The notes under the pieces: generated by a model
Database searches by the model: none
What the model saw: only the letters and a program-made list of their open reading frames with translations
What the model was told of the DNA's origin: nothing
Part shown: in pieces, positions 10,500 to 19,889 of the stretch
Layout of the letters: the number at the start of each line of letters is the position of its first letter
Position numbering within the stretch: position 1 is the first letter of the stretch
Program-made: the position numbers and the translations under genes
Source: an uncultured delta proteobacterium
Lineage (GTDB): Bacteria > Desulfobacterota > RBG-13-43-22
DNA: 64,000 bases
NCBI GenBank assembly: GCA_963843145.1
Contig: CAWJJC010000027.1
Coordinates: 384,001 to 448,000 of the forward strand
Direction of reading: 5' to 3'

Positions 10500-11072
10500 A
10501 TCGGGTAAGGGGGAGTTTTTCTCTCCCCCTCCCCCCACCGCCTAGCATGCGGGTCCGCACTAGGCGGTTCCCACGAGTTACCGAGCCGTAGCCGGGTAAT
10601 GGATGTTTACCCAAAGATCTTTGACAGACAGCAAACCTTGATCCTTGAGTCACGCCAAGGGGTGATCATGCTCGTCTGGATTGCCCGTGTACGTGAGAGT
10701 CGCCAGGGGCCTTTCCGGCTCATCGCGACCGAGATAGCAGTCCGCGGGCTTTCATTAGGATTGGTCTTGTCGGCCTCGCGCTTCCCGGATGGGTTCATGG
10801 CAAAGGTCGAGCTTACCGGTGCCATGTTGTTCTGACTTGCCCGAAGACTGGGCCTTGTTTGCCATTTCTGTACCCCGGATCAAATCCGGGGCAGGCTTGG
10901 CTCATAGCTTTGCGCTCCAGCTTCTTTCGGACGATCCCGCGAGATCGCCCTTGCTTTCGGCTAGTATTTATGTTCCTGTCTCATGACAGTAACGGGTTTA
11001 CATACAGGGGACTTCCTTGACCTGAGCAGGGTCGAAGGTCACCCCATAAGATCACGCCCATGCCGGGTGTAC
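10500..11072 (-). mobile_element. Group IIC-attC intron, internally deleted (RT mostly lost), 573 nt
   Basis: 5' end GTACACCCGGCATGGG; domains V/VI GAACCGCCTAGTGCGGACCCGCATGCTAGGCGGTG...CCTTACCCGAT; RT C-terminal remnant SRKGPWRLSRT / LKDQGLLSVKDLWVNIHYPATAR*; inserted at TTGT/TA of the attC bottom strand. Confidence 0.88.
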
Positions 11073-11128
11073 ACAACCGGCTCCACCGGATCGCCAATAA
11101 ATCCGGCTCCCGGTGAGCCGCATTAGAT
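11073..11128 (+). other. Remainder of the attC site interrupted by the intron (left part GCATA at 10495-10499)
   Basis: Rejoined GCATAAC-AACCGGCTCCACCGG...CCGGTGAGCCG-CATTAGAT palindrome; core degenerate (ATTAGAT). Confidence 0.7.
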
Positions 11129-11144
11129 CGCGAATCGAGGTACC

Positions 11145-12080
11145 ATGGACGAGCCTACTGCTCAGAAAATCAAAGACAACCTGGTGGACGTGGCTTTGGG
11201 CGCCGTCCGAACCGGAATGTTGTCCTCGACCGAGCCACCGGTACTGTACCACTTCACTGACTGCCAGGGGATCATTGGCATTTTAAAGAATCATTGCCTC
11301 TGGGCCTCGCTAGCTGTTGGAATGACCGATTACTCTGAGGTTCGATATTGCGTGGCGCGTGCTCAACGTATGTTGCGAGATGGTGAGCCTGGAGACGTTG
11401 ACCCAGCATTCCTCGCGAGAGTCGATCATTTCTTGGATCCAGCCAATACGATCCTGGGGATTCAATTTGAGTTCGATCCGTACGTCATCTCCTTTTGCGC
11501 CCGCGCCGATCTCAGCGTCCACTGGCTTCACTATGGCAGGGCAGGCAGAGGGTGCACAATCGCATTCGACGTCAAGGGATTAATTCAAAAGCCATTCGAC
11601 TTGGTACCTGTCCTTTATAAGGAGGAGGACCAGGACGGGCTTATTGCGTCTGTCGTGCAGAGCGTGTGACGACAGGTTAGGACATTCGAAATCGAAAAGC
11701 GTGATTTGACTGAGGCGAAAATGTTGTTCGAGGTAGCTGCGAACGCTACGGCGGCGGGCATCCGAATAGCAGCGCCCGGTATAAAGAGCATCGCATTTGC
11801 CAACGAAGAGGAATGGCGTCTCATCACCTATGAGGTGAATGTAAACCATAACTATCCGAAGGCGGCGATTATGCCGCTGAACAGAAACTTTCGCGCAACT
11901 AATGATCGAGTCATTCCATACCTTGAATACTCTCTCCCGTTGGCACCCGTGACTGAGATTGTATTGGGCGCCAGTTCGCCTATGAAGGTCGAGGAGCCGG
12001 CGCTTGCGATTCTACTACGCGAAACCGCGCCCGGCCAAAGTGTCAGCATCTCTCGATCGACTGTGCCAATACGCCCGTGA
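11145..12080 (+). pseudogene. DUF2971-family gene cassette with in-frame TGA at 11667-11669
   Basis: LYHFT..GIIGIL..LWAS..SFC..DLSVHWLHYG..G and KSIAFANEEEWR motifs; ORFs 11145-11669 and 11706-12080 share one frame; GACTAAC overlaps the stop. Confidence 0.75.
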
Positions 12081-12611
12081 CTAACTTCGCACGGAATCCG
12101 ATCTTACCGGCACTTTGCAGCATGTACTCGCTGCGGTTGAGTGGGTAATGCCAAACGTGACTGGAAACCAAAAAGCTACACTCGGAAGTCTAGATATGGA
12201 ATCGGGGTCGTCCCAGACGAACTAATTCAATTTTCAACAGATCATATTGAATTAGATAGGAAAACGAGGCCTTAAAGTGCACTTTTTACCTCCAAAAAGA
12301 AGCTTCTAAGCGGCAAAGATCGAGAGGCCATTCCCAAGTCCATGCCATTAGTGGCCGGAGGGAGGACCGGTGGACGGAAAGCCTGGTGGAGGGTGGTCTG
12401 GTCCGCCCCCAATTTCCAGCCGGCAAAAGGTAATGGTCGGCTATAAAAGGAGAAAGACATGGGAAAGGCGATTAAAATCTACATCGCGATATGGAAGCCC
12501 GAAAAACCAACGGGTCCACTATCCTGATCCCCTGAACCGGCCTAACATGAACTATCAAATACGGCTCTTGCCTCCCGGTGATGGCCCTTCCCAAAAGAAA
12601 GGATCTTACTT

Positions 12612-13166
12612 ATGCTGAGAACACGAATTTTGTTGGTTGTCGTTTTTTGCTTGGCCTCCACGGTAGTCTACGCGGGCGCCTTCACCCTTACCAGTCCAAC
12701 CATTAAATCCGGGGCTCTTCTTACCGAGGAACAGGTGTTTAATGGATTCGGGTGCACAGGGAAGAATCAATCCCCAGCGCTTCAATGGACGGCAGGTCCA
12801 ACGGGAACGAAAAGCTATGCGCTTACTGTTTATGATCCTGACGCGCCGACGGGGTCGGGTTGGTGGCATTGGGTCGTCTACAATATCCCCGCTAATGTTA
12901 CCGAACTCCCGGTGGGCGCCGGCGATCAAACTGGGAAGCTGTTGCCTCCGGGTGCCGTTCAAGGTCGAACGGATTTTGGGATCCACGCTTTTGGTGGTGC
13001 CTGCCCGCCACAAGGAGATAAGCCCCACCGCTATATTTTTACGGTTTATTCGCTCAAGATCGAAAAAATAGACGTTCCCGCTGATTCGACCGCTGCCTTA
13101 ATCGGCTTCATGATAAATGCCAACTCCCTGGGGAAAGCAAGCTTTACGGCCAGGTATGGTCGCTAA
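12612..13166 (+). CDS. YbhB/YbcL family PEBP (Raf kinase inhibitor-like) protein, exported
   Basis: Signal peptide; YDPDAPTGSGWWHW, GGACPPQGDKPHRY. Confidence 0.93.
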   Translation: MLRTRILLVVVFCLASTVVYAGAFTLTSPTIKSGALLTEEQVFNGFGCTGKNQSPALQWTAGPTGTKSYALTVYDPDAPTGSGWWHWVVYNIPANVTELPVGAGDQTGKLLPPGAVQGRTDFGIHAFGGACPPQGDKPHRYIFTVYSLKIEKIDVPADSTAALIGFMINANSLGKASFTARYGR

Positions 13167-13267
13167 CCACGGTGGCGAACTATTTTTGCCCAAATATAGG
13201 CCTGAACGATGAACAGAAAACCTGACGGTGGGCGGAGCGGCTTTTCGAAAAATAAGGAGGAAAAACA

Positions 13268-13789
13268 ATGATCGATATTCTAAGGTCCCGGCGGAGCATC
13301 CGAAAATACGAGAAGAGACCCATCGACGAAAGGTCTTTGGAGACGTTAAAAGAAGCCTTGCTGCGCTGTCCGTCTTCCCGGGGGATCAACCCCTGGACAT
13401 TTATATTCGTTGACGAGGTTGATCTGCTCGCCGGGCTTTCCAAGGCTAAGGAACACGGTTCGGGCTTTCTCAAAAATGCCGCCCTGGCCATTGTGGTCTG
13501 CGGTGACGAGTCCGATTCCGATGTCTGGGTGGAAGATTGTTCCATAGCCGCCATCGTGGCCCATCTTACCGCCCACTCCCTGGGGCTCGGAAGCTGCTGG
13601 ATCCAGATCAGAAAGAGGGCCCATTCCACCGAAAAGACCGCCGAAGAGTATGTCCGGGACCTTCTCGGCCTTCCTTCGAACCTGAGGGTGGAATCGATCA
13701 TCAGTATCGGTTTTCCCGGAGAGACCAAGACGCCGGTTCCAGCGGAAAAACTTCAGTATGAAAAGATAAAGGTCAATCGTTACGAATAA
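13268..13789 (+). CDS. Nitroreductase family protein
   Basis: RRSIRKY, PSSRGINPW, LGLGSCWIQ; AGGAGG RBS. Confidence 0.93.
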   Translation: MIDILRSRRSIRKYEKRPIDERSLETLKEALLRCPSSRGINPWTFIFVDEVDLLAGLSKAKEHGSGFLKNAALAIVVCGDESDSDVWVEDCSIAAIVAHLTAHSLGLGSCWIQIRKRAHSTEKTAEEYVRDLLGLPSNLRVESIISIGFPGETKTPVPAEKLQYEKIKVNRYE

Positions 13790-13847
13790 AGGGATACAGA
13801 CCAGCCTGGCACTCCCCTATGAATGGAATGGAAAGTCGATCGACAGT

Positions 13848-13979
13848 GGGGCCAGCATCGGCGTCGTCATGAACCTAACCGGACATGAACAGACAGATGA
13901 CATCATCCGGGATGCCGATACCGCCATGTATCGCGCCAAGGGCGACGGCGGTAATGCGTTTAGGGTATTTGAAGATTGA
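13848..13979 (+). pseudogene. C-terminal fragment of a GGDEF domain
   Basis: Translates ASIGVV...DIIRDADTAMYRAKGDGGN..RVFED*; no N-terminal part present. Confidence 0.7.
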
Positions 13980-14050
13980 TCTCACGACTCGGGGAGGTCC
14001 TCCGGGGGCAAGCCTATGAAGACAGACTATGGATCAATCGATCATTATTG

Positions 14051-14364
14051 ACAGTCTCACAATTGTGCTTACACGGAGTGTTTTCTTTTTGTCTCTCGCC
14101 CGCTTCGCTCGAGTTCGCCGAGGGCGCAGAGAAAGACCAAGTTATTTTTTGAAAAATCGTTGAGACGCCGATTTTTCAAAAGAACTCACGCCTCCGGCGG
14201 GTCTTATTCGCGGAGCGGCAGATTTTTTTTGATTGCCGGCCTCTCAGCGGCAATCAAAAATCATATATTCTCTGCGGTCTCTGTGTGCTCTGTGAGAGAT
14301 CGTCTTTTGTCTTTGGTCGTGACTGGTGACGTCAAGAAATCCGTTCAATATTATTTGAGACCGT
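14051..14364 (+). mobile_element. MITE-like non-coding element, copy 1
   Basis: Ends ACAGTCTCACAAT / ATTATTTGAGACCGT; highly similar inverted copy at 59512-59826. Confidence 0.8.
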
Positions 14365-14583
14365 TAATATACTCGCGATTTTCCAATTTCCGATTGATCA
14401 GCCTATGCCACTCGATCTCATTAAAAAAATCGTAAAATTCCGAGTTGAAGAAAACTCGGCGAAGGCAAAAAAGAAATGAAAGCGAAGGCAACAAACAAAA
14501 TGTTTAGACAGGTGGCCGGGTCAAGCTCGGCCACGGTTTACCCTCGGGTTACGGGGGATGGGGCCTGAAAGCAGGTCCGGCGA

Positions 14584-15234
14584 TTAGGCGGCGATCCGGC
14601 CTTGTTCGATCCGAATGACCCGGTCGGTGATCCGCTTCACCTGCTCCATATCATGGGTGGCCATGATCACCATGGTCCGAGCCTGCCTTCTGAGCTTCAA
14701 AATGATCTCCTCGATCACCGCGGTGTTTTGGGGATCGATGGAGGCCGTGGGTTCATCCAAGAAGAGGACTTCCGGTTCCACCACCAAAGCCCGGGCCAGG
14801 CCCAGACGCTGGGTTTCACCGCTGGAAAGGGTCAGCGCATTCTGGTCTTTCTTATGGGCTATCCCCACATAGTCCAGGGCCTCCGAGACTTTATCTTTGA
14901 TCAGACGGGCTGCCCCGCCCCTGACCTTCAGACCGAAGGCCACATTCTTGAAAACCGAGCTATTAAAAACCCCCACCTTGGGCAGCACCAGGGTGATTCG
15001 CCTCCTGAGTTCCATGTCTGGGGTGATCACCCGGCCCGCGGACTCATAGACAACGGCTCCCTGGTCAGGACTTTCCAAGAGAGCGCAGATTCTCAAAAAA
15101 GTGGACTTCCCTCCCCCATTCGGTCCGATCAAACCATAAATCCCGGCCTGCCCGAAGGAATAGGAACAATCCCTGAGAATATACTTCCCTTCATATTGCT
15201 TGGAGACGTTGCTTAGACCCAGGGAAAGGCTCAT
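14584..15234 (-). CDS. tupC: Tungstate ABC transporter ATPase
   Basis: GPNGGGKST, LSSGETQR, LDEPT; operon with tupAB. Confidence 0.85.
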   Translation of the reverse strand: MSLSLGLSNVSKQYEGKYILRDCSYSFGQAGIYGLIGPNGGGKSTFLRICALLESPDQGAVVYESAGRVITPDMELRRRITLVLPKVGVFNSSVFKNVAFGLKVRGGAARLIKDKVSEALDYVGIAHKKDQNALTLSSGETQRLGLARALVVEPEVLFLDEPTASIDPQNTAVIEEIILKLRRQARTMVIMATHDMEQVKRITDRVIRIEQGRIAA

Positions 15235-15938
15235 CCTTTGCCCCCTAAATCCCCGCGTTTCTGAATCAACCGCAACGCGAAATTGATCAGCAGGGAGATG
15301 GTCAGCAGAATAATCCCCAGGGCCAAGGCCAGCTCGAAGTTCCCTTTGTCGGTTTCCAGGGCGATAGTGGTGGTCATGACCCGGGTATAGCCGGCGATAT
15401 TCCCGCCCACCATCAGGATCGCGCCTACCTCGGCCATTACACGCCCGAAACCCGCGATAATCCCGGCCATGATTCCGTAGCGGGCTTCCCTGACCACTAA
15501 GATCGCCTCCTGGGAAGGGGTGGCGCCCAGGGTCTTGGCTGCCTGCCGGATCACTCCGGGGACATTGACAATAGCCGAGTGGCAGAGGGCGCTGACGATG
15601 GGAAAGGCCAGGATGGTCTGGGCAATCACCATCGCTGAGGGAGTGTAGAGCAGCCCCAGGAACCCGAAAGGTCCTCTGCGGGATAAAAGCAGATAAACAA
15701 AAAGGCCCACCACCACCGGCGGCAGGCCCATAAAGGTATTCAAGAGGTTGATCATCAGGCCCCGGCCGAAAAACCGTTTCAGCCCCAACAAGGCTGCCAA
15801 GGGGAGCCCCAGCAGCGTGGCGATCAGCAAAGCCGATCCGGAGACCCTGAGGGACATCATGATGATCCGCAAGAGTTCCCGGTCCATCGCTCCGATCAGG
15901 GTCAAGGCCGCCGAAAAACTATTAAGAATGGAGTCCAC
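15231..15938 (-). CDS. tupB: Tungstate ABC transporter permease
   Basis: MGLPPVVVGL, GFGRVMAEVGA, GGNIAGYTRVMTTTIALET. Confidence 0.92.
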   Translation of the reverse strand: MDSILNSFSAALTLIGAMDRELLRIIMMSLRVSGSALLIATLLGLPLAALLGLKRFFGRGLMINLLNTFMGLPPVVVGLFVYLLLSRRGPFGFLGLLYTPSAMVIAQTILAFPIVSALCHSAIVNVPGVIRQAAKTLGATPSQEAILVVREARYGIMAGIIAGFGRVMAEVGAILMVGGNIAGYTRVMTTTIALETDKGNFELALALGIILLTISLLINFALRLIQKRGDLGGKG

Positions 15939-15997
15939 TCTTGCCTATCACCCTGAACAGAGACCCGACATTGAAAAAAGAGAGATCCGAAAAATTC

Positions 15998-16837
15998 CTA
16001 TTTCGTTTGACCGGCGTTGGGGAAGAAGAGCACGTTCCCGAACTTGTCCTTATAGGAGCCGATGGCCTGCTGTCCTTCTTTGGAGATCATCCAGTTGACA
16101 AATTCCATCGCTTCTTTAAATTTGGTGTGCTTATATTTTTCGGGGTTGACCGCCATGACGCCATACTGATTGAAGAGCGCCGGGTCCCCCTCCAGGACGA
16201 TGGTCATTTCCAGTTTGTCTTTGTCTTTGGTGGCCAGCCAGGTGCCCCGGTCGGTCAGCGTATAGCCCTTCTTTTCATTGGCGATCCGCTGCGTCTTTTC
16301 CATCCCCTGTCCGACCTCCAGGTACCAGGCCTGGCCTTTGGGGTCCAAGCCCACCTTTTTCCAGAGGGAAAGCTCCTTGGTGTTGGTCCCGGATTTATCC
16401 CCCCGGGAGACAAACGGTCCTTTGCCGGCGGCAATTTTGGAGAAGGCCTCGGTGGCCTGCTTCAACCCCTTTATTTTCAAAGGGTCATCAGCCGGTCCGA
16501 TGAGGACAAAATCGTTGTACATGACGTCATGCCGGTTGACGAAATAGCCTTCGGCCACCGCCTTGAGCTCCAATTCCTTGGCGTGAACCAGGACCACGTC
16601 GCAGTCGCCCCGTTTGCCGATTTCAATGGCCGCTCCGGTACCCACGGCTACCACATCGACTTTGATCCCGGTCTTTTTCTCAAACAAGGGCAGCAGGTAG
16701 TCGAACAATCCGGAATTCTGGGTGCTGGTGGTCGAGGCGCAACGGATGCGCGTCTGGGCCTGGGCGGTACCATTCAGCAGCAGGAAGCCCATCATAAAAA
16801 CAGATAAAAACAAAATCATCGCTTTTCTCATCTTCAT
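15998..16837 (-). CDS. tupA: Tungstate ABC transporter substrate-binding protein
   Basis: Signal peptide; STTSTQNSGL, VGTGAA, MYNDFV, FVSRGDKSGT, YTLTDRGT. Confidence 0.92.
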   Translation of the reverse strand: MKMRKAMILFLSVFMMGFLLLNGTAQAQTRIRCASTTSTQNSGLFDYLLPLFEKKTGIKVDVVAVGTGAAIEIGKRGDCDVVLVHAKELELKAVAEGYFVNRHDVMYNDFVLIGPADDPLKIKGLKQATEAFSKIAAGKGPFVSRGDKSGTNTKELSLWKKVGLDPKGQAWYLEVGQGMEKTQRIANEKKGYTLTDRGTWLATKDKDKLEMTIVLEGDPALFNQYGVMAVNPEKYKHTKFKEAMEFVNWMISKEGQQAIGSYKDKFGNVLFFPNAGQTK

Positions 16838-16940
16838 ACCTCCTTAATCAGAAGACCCTTTGACCGAAGAAAATACCAAGGCGGGGAGTGGGATTACCCG
16901 GCCTTGGCATTTTTTCAGGAAATAGTAAACAGAACCCGGG

Positions 16941-18377
16941 CTACCAGACTATTTCAAAGCGGGTCAGAATGGCCTGTTCATTATCCATTTTTTTACCGCT
17001 GACGGTGATGGGGTCATCGAACTTGGTATAATAATAATTGACCATGAAGCGCAGCATGTCGTTCGGGTACCAGGTCAGACCCAGGGTATAGCCGGAGGCT
17101 TTGGCGGTGTATTTTTTGGAATCGGCAAATCCCATTTTCAGGATGTCCGGGTCCATATCGATCCATTCATATCGGCCCAGGAGCTGGAAGGCGCCGCAAT
17201 ATCCTGACTTCCCTAAGGCAAAGGGTTTTTTGGGGGTGATTTGCCCCGGCAGCCCGTTCCGCCAGGGTTCCTCTTCACCGGTCAGAAACCATCCCAGGGA
17301 AGCGTAGCCGGCCGTGTTGTCAAAACTGGCCTTTGTCTTGTTGTAGGTCAAATCATTCAACTGCATTTTCATATATTCGGACTTCAGGGAAACCGGACCG
17401 ACCATCCAGGCCAGTTCACCTCCGAAACGGTTGCGGCTGCCGTCCTGGGTCACCGTATCATTAAACTGCAGGAAGGTCGTTCCGCTTTCGGTTTTGTATT
17501 GATACCGCCACCAGTCTGTTGCCGGGGCGGTGGTATGCTGGATCCCGGTGGTGAAGGCCCCGCCAATATGGAAGCCTTTTAAGAACTTATTGTCCACCTT
17601 GGAGAAGGGCGCCAGGGTAACCCGTCCGGCCACGTCTTTCTGGTCGTCCACATCGCTGGAATTGATCTTCCGGCCGTTGAAGACCCCCAACTGATAATAG
17701 AGGAAATCTTTGCTGATATTGCCGTGAAGCATGACGCCCAAGTCCCTAGAGGGAGCAAAATTGTCGGACAGGGAGCGTTCCACGAAATCGATCCAGTTGT
17801 CCGAACTCAATTCTTCCAGACTGAAAGGAACCTTGTATTGCCCGAACATCAATTGGGCATAAGGAAAGTAATTGATATTCAAAAAGGCATCGTTGAGCTG
17901 GGCGTTCCCCTGGCCCATCTCGTATTCCACGCTGAAATTATAGTGTTTATAGAAAGTACCGATGGCGGCCAGTCGAGCGCGCCGGATCAGGAAGGTGTCG
18001 TTGTTGGGATTGTCGTTCAGAAACTGTCGGTAGTCGGCATGCAGCCGCCCGGAAAGTCGGAGCTTATTGTCGCCGTCCTCCGACTCCATGGTAAAACCCT
18101 TCTTGAAATCCACCTTGGCATTCCCCGCCGGGGCCTTTTCTTCCTTGACCTTCTTCTCCAGAGCCCGCAGCCGGGTCAATTCCGCCTCTTCGGCCTCGGC
18201 CTGCTTCTTCATTTCCTGGTACTTTTCCGGTGTAACCATCTTGCTGTTCAGCAGAATTTCCAGGATCTGTTCATTGAGCGATTTGGCCTGGGCCCCTTGG
18301 GGCAGAGCCCAGATGAAAATTCCGGTCAGCAATAAGAATCCAATAGACCTGCCAAAGGTTCGTCCTTTCACCCTCAT
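16941..18377 (-). CDS. OprO/OprP-family oxyanion-selective porin
   Basis: Signal peptide, coiled N-terminus, FLIRRARL, GQYKVPFSLEEL, SRDLGVM, terminal aromatic residue. Confidence 0.85.
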   Translation of the reverse strand: MRVKGRTFGRSIGFLLLTGIFIWALPQGAQAKSLNEQILEILLNSKMVTPEKYQEMKKQAEAEEAELTRLRALEKKVKEEKAPAGNAKVDFKKGFTMESEDGDNKLRLSGRLHADYRQFLNDNPNNDTFLIRRARLAAIGTFYKHYNFSVEYEMGQGNAQLNDAFLNINYFPYAQLMFGQYKVPFSLEELSSDNWIDFVERSLSDNFAPSRDLGVMLHGNISKDFLYYQLGVFNGRKINSSDVDDQKDVAGRVTLAPFSKVDNKFLKGFHIGGAFTTGIQHTTAPATDWWRYQYKTESGTTFLQFNDTVTQDGSRNRFGGELAWMVGPVSLKSEYMKMQLNDLTYNKTKASFDNTAGYASLGWFLTGEEEPWRNGLPGQITPKKPFALGKSGYCGAFQLLGRYEWIDMDPDILKMGFADSKKYTAKASGYTLGLTWYPNDMLRFMVNYYYTKFDDPITVSGKKMDNEQAILTRFEIVW

Positions 18378-18402
18378 GTCTCCCTCCTTTTATGTAATTT
18401 CT

Positions 18403-18436
18403 TTGCCATATATGTCAACAAAGGCATATCTGTCAA
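18403..18436 (-). promoter_or_regulatory. Palindromic operator overlapping TTGACA -35 upstream of porin-tupABC
   Basis: TTGCCATATATGT-CAACAAAG-GCATATCTGTCAA; same design as 29282-29315. Confidence 0.7.
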
Positions 18437-18536
18437 GTTATTTTTCGATTTCCAGGAATATGAGGGGACTGGATCTTGGGGAGTCGTTGGGAGGAAGGGA
18501 AAAGCAAGGTCAGATGAGCAACTCCGACCGAGGAAG

Positions 18537-18900
18537 TTATAAAATCAGGAGTATCCGGAATCGTCTCCCCGGGAGAAAAACCGGGCCTTCCGCAAGGCAA
18601 TCCGCCGGAAGGCTTCCTTGGCGGTGGCGGAGCCGGCGGTTTCGGCCGGGTCGCCGAGGCGGCCCCACCAAGTAAAATTCATTATACCCGATTAAAGTCC
18701 TTTGGGTGGCCCAGCCTTCCTGAACGGCCTTCTCTTCCCCTTCCGGGGCATGGACCATGATGACATCCACCTTCTTGTTCTTCAGGAGACGCAACGACTC
18801 ACCGGAACCGGCTTTGATCCAGCAAAGGGAGGCCCCCGCCTCTGGCAAAGGCCTCCGGACTTTCAACCCTAATTCACCGGGGCTTCCGGTGGCTACGAAA
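18537..18900 (-). pseudogene. Truncated TupA-like binding protein fragment
   Basis: KAGSGESL..VDVIMVHAPEGE..IGYNEFYLVGP, then frame breaks; no signal peptide or C-terminus. Confidence 0.65.
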
Positions 18901-19021
18901 ATACGATTGCCGGAGCAAATTCCTTAGTACAGACCGCTTGTGCCAATGGCTGAGGCCAAGCGGTAGCCAGGATCAGAAATACCCAAAGCGTTAGACCGCC
19001 TATTCGACGCATTTCCCGCTA

Positions 19022-19801
19022 TCACTTGCCTTTGATAACCGAGGGTATGGCCTCGGGATAAAACAGGTTGGTCCCATGCTTTTTGTAGCCGGCAATCAGC
19101 TTTTGTCCTTCCACGGAGGTGACGAAGGCGATAAATTCCATGGCCGCCAGGTAATTGGCTTGGGGAAATTTGTCCGGACAAACCGCCATAACGCTGTAAT
19201 AATTCAACAGCAAAGGATCTCCCTTGAAAAGGATCTTCAAACTCAGCTTTGGTTCATATTTCAGAAAAGTCCCCATATCGGTCAAAGTGTAGGCCCCCTG
19301 ACGATCCGCCGCGATCAGGGTATCGGCCATATTGGCCCCGGCCTCCTGATACCAGCTCTTGCCTTTCGGAGTCAGCCCGGCATCGTCCCAGAGATCCAAC
19401 TCCCGGATGTTGGTCCCTGAATCATCCCCCCGAGAGACGAAAAGGCTGCCTTTCTCCGCAATCTCTTCCAAGGCTTCAATGACGGTGCGGGCCTTTTTCA
19501 CCTTGGCCGGGTCCTTGGCCGGTCCAACAATGGCAAACTCATTGTACATCACTTCCCGGCGATTGACTCCATACCCTTCGGCAATGAATTTTTCTTCCCG
19601 GAAAGGATCATGGACAAAAAGTACATCGGCTTCTCCTTTTTTAGCCAGCCGAATAGCCTTGCCCGTACCGACGGAAATAACCTCCACCTTGACCTGGTAT
19701 TTTGAAAATTTCTCATAGGCCGGAATCAAAATGTCAAAAAGACCTGAGTTCTGGGTACTGGTGGTTGAGGCAATGATCAGCTTGTTTTTCGCTTTGGCCA
19801 T
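19022..19801 (-). CDS. TupA-like tungstate-binding protein without signal peptide
   Basis: STTSTQNSGL at residue 12, FVSRGDDSGT, YTLTDMGT; AAGGAG RBS directly before MAKAK. Confidence 0.85.
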   Translation of the reverse strand: MAKAKNKLIIASTTSTQNSGLFDILIPAYEKFSKYQVKVEVISVGTGKAIRLAKKGEADVLFVHDPFREEKFIAEGYGVNRREVMYNEFAIVGPAKDPAKVKKARTVIEALEEIAEKGSLFVSRGDDSGTNIRELDLWDDAGLTPKGKSWYQEAGANMADTLIAADRQGAYTLTDMGTFLKYEPKLSLKILFKGDPLLLNYYSVMAVCPDKFPQANYLAAMEFIAFVTSVEGQKLIAGYKKHGTNLFYPEAIPSVIKGK

Positions 19802-19889
19802 GGGGATCTCCTTTTTTGTAGGTTAAGTTAATAATATTAATCTTTTTAAATTAATACTTTAACTTGGATTGTCAATGGTCCCCCGGTGG

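Noticed and set aside
11667-11669. In-frame TGA in DUF2971 as selenocysteine (the genome has selD)
   Set aside because: Not a redox or Cys-motif context and no evident SECIS hairpin; a TGG-to-TGA change or an error is more likely
14160-14435. ORFs within the MITE copies (also 59396-59851)
   Set aside because: They fall inside the repeated palindromic element and have no protein motifs
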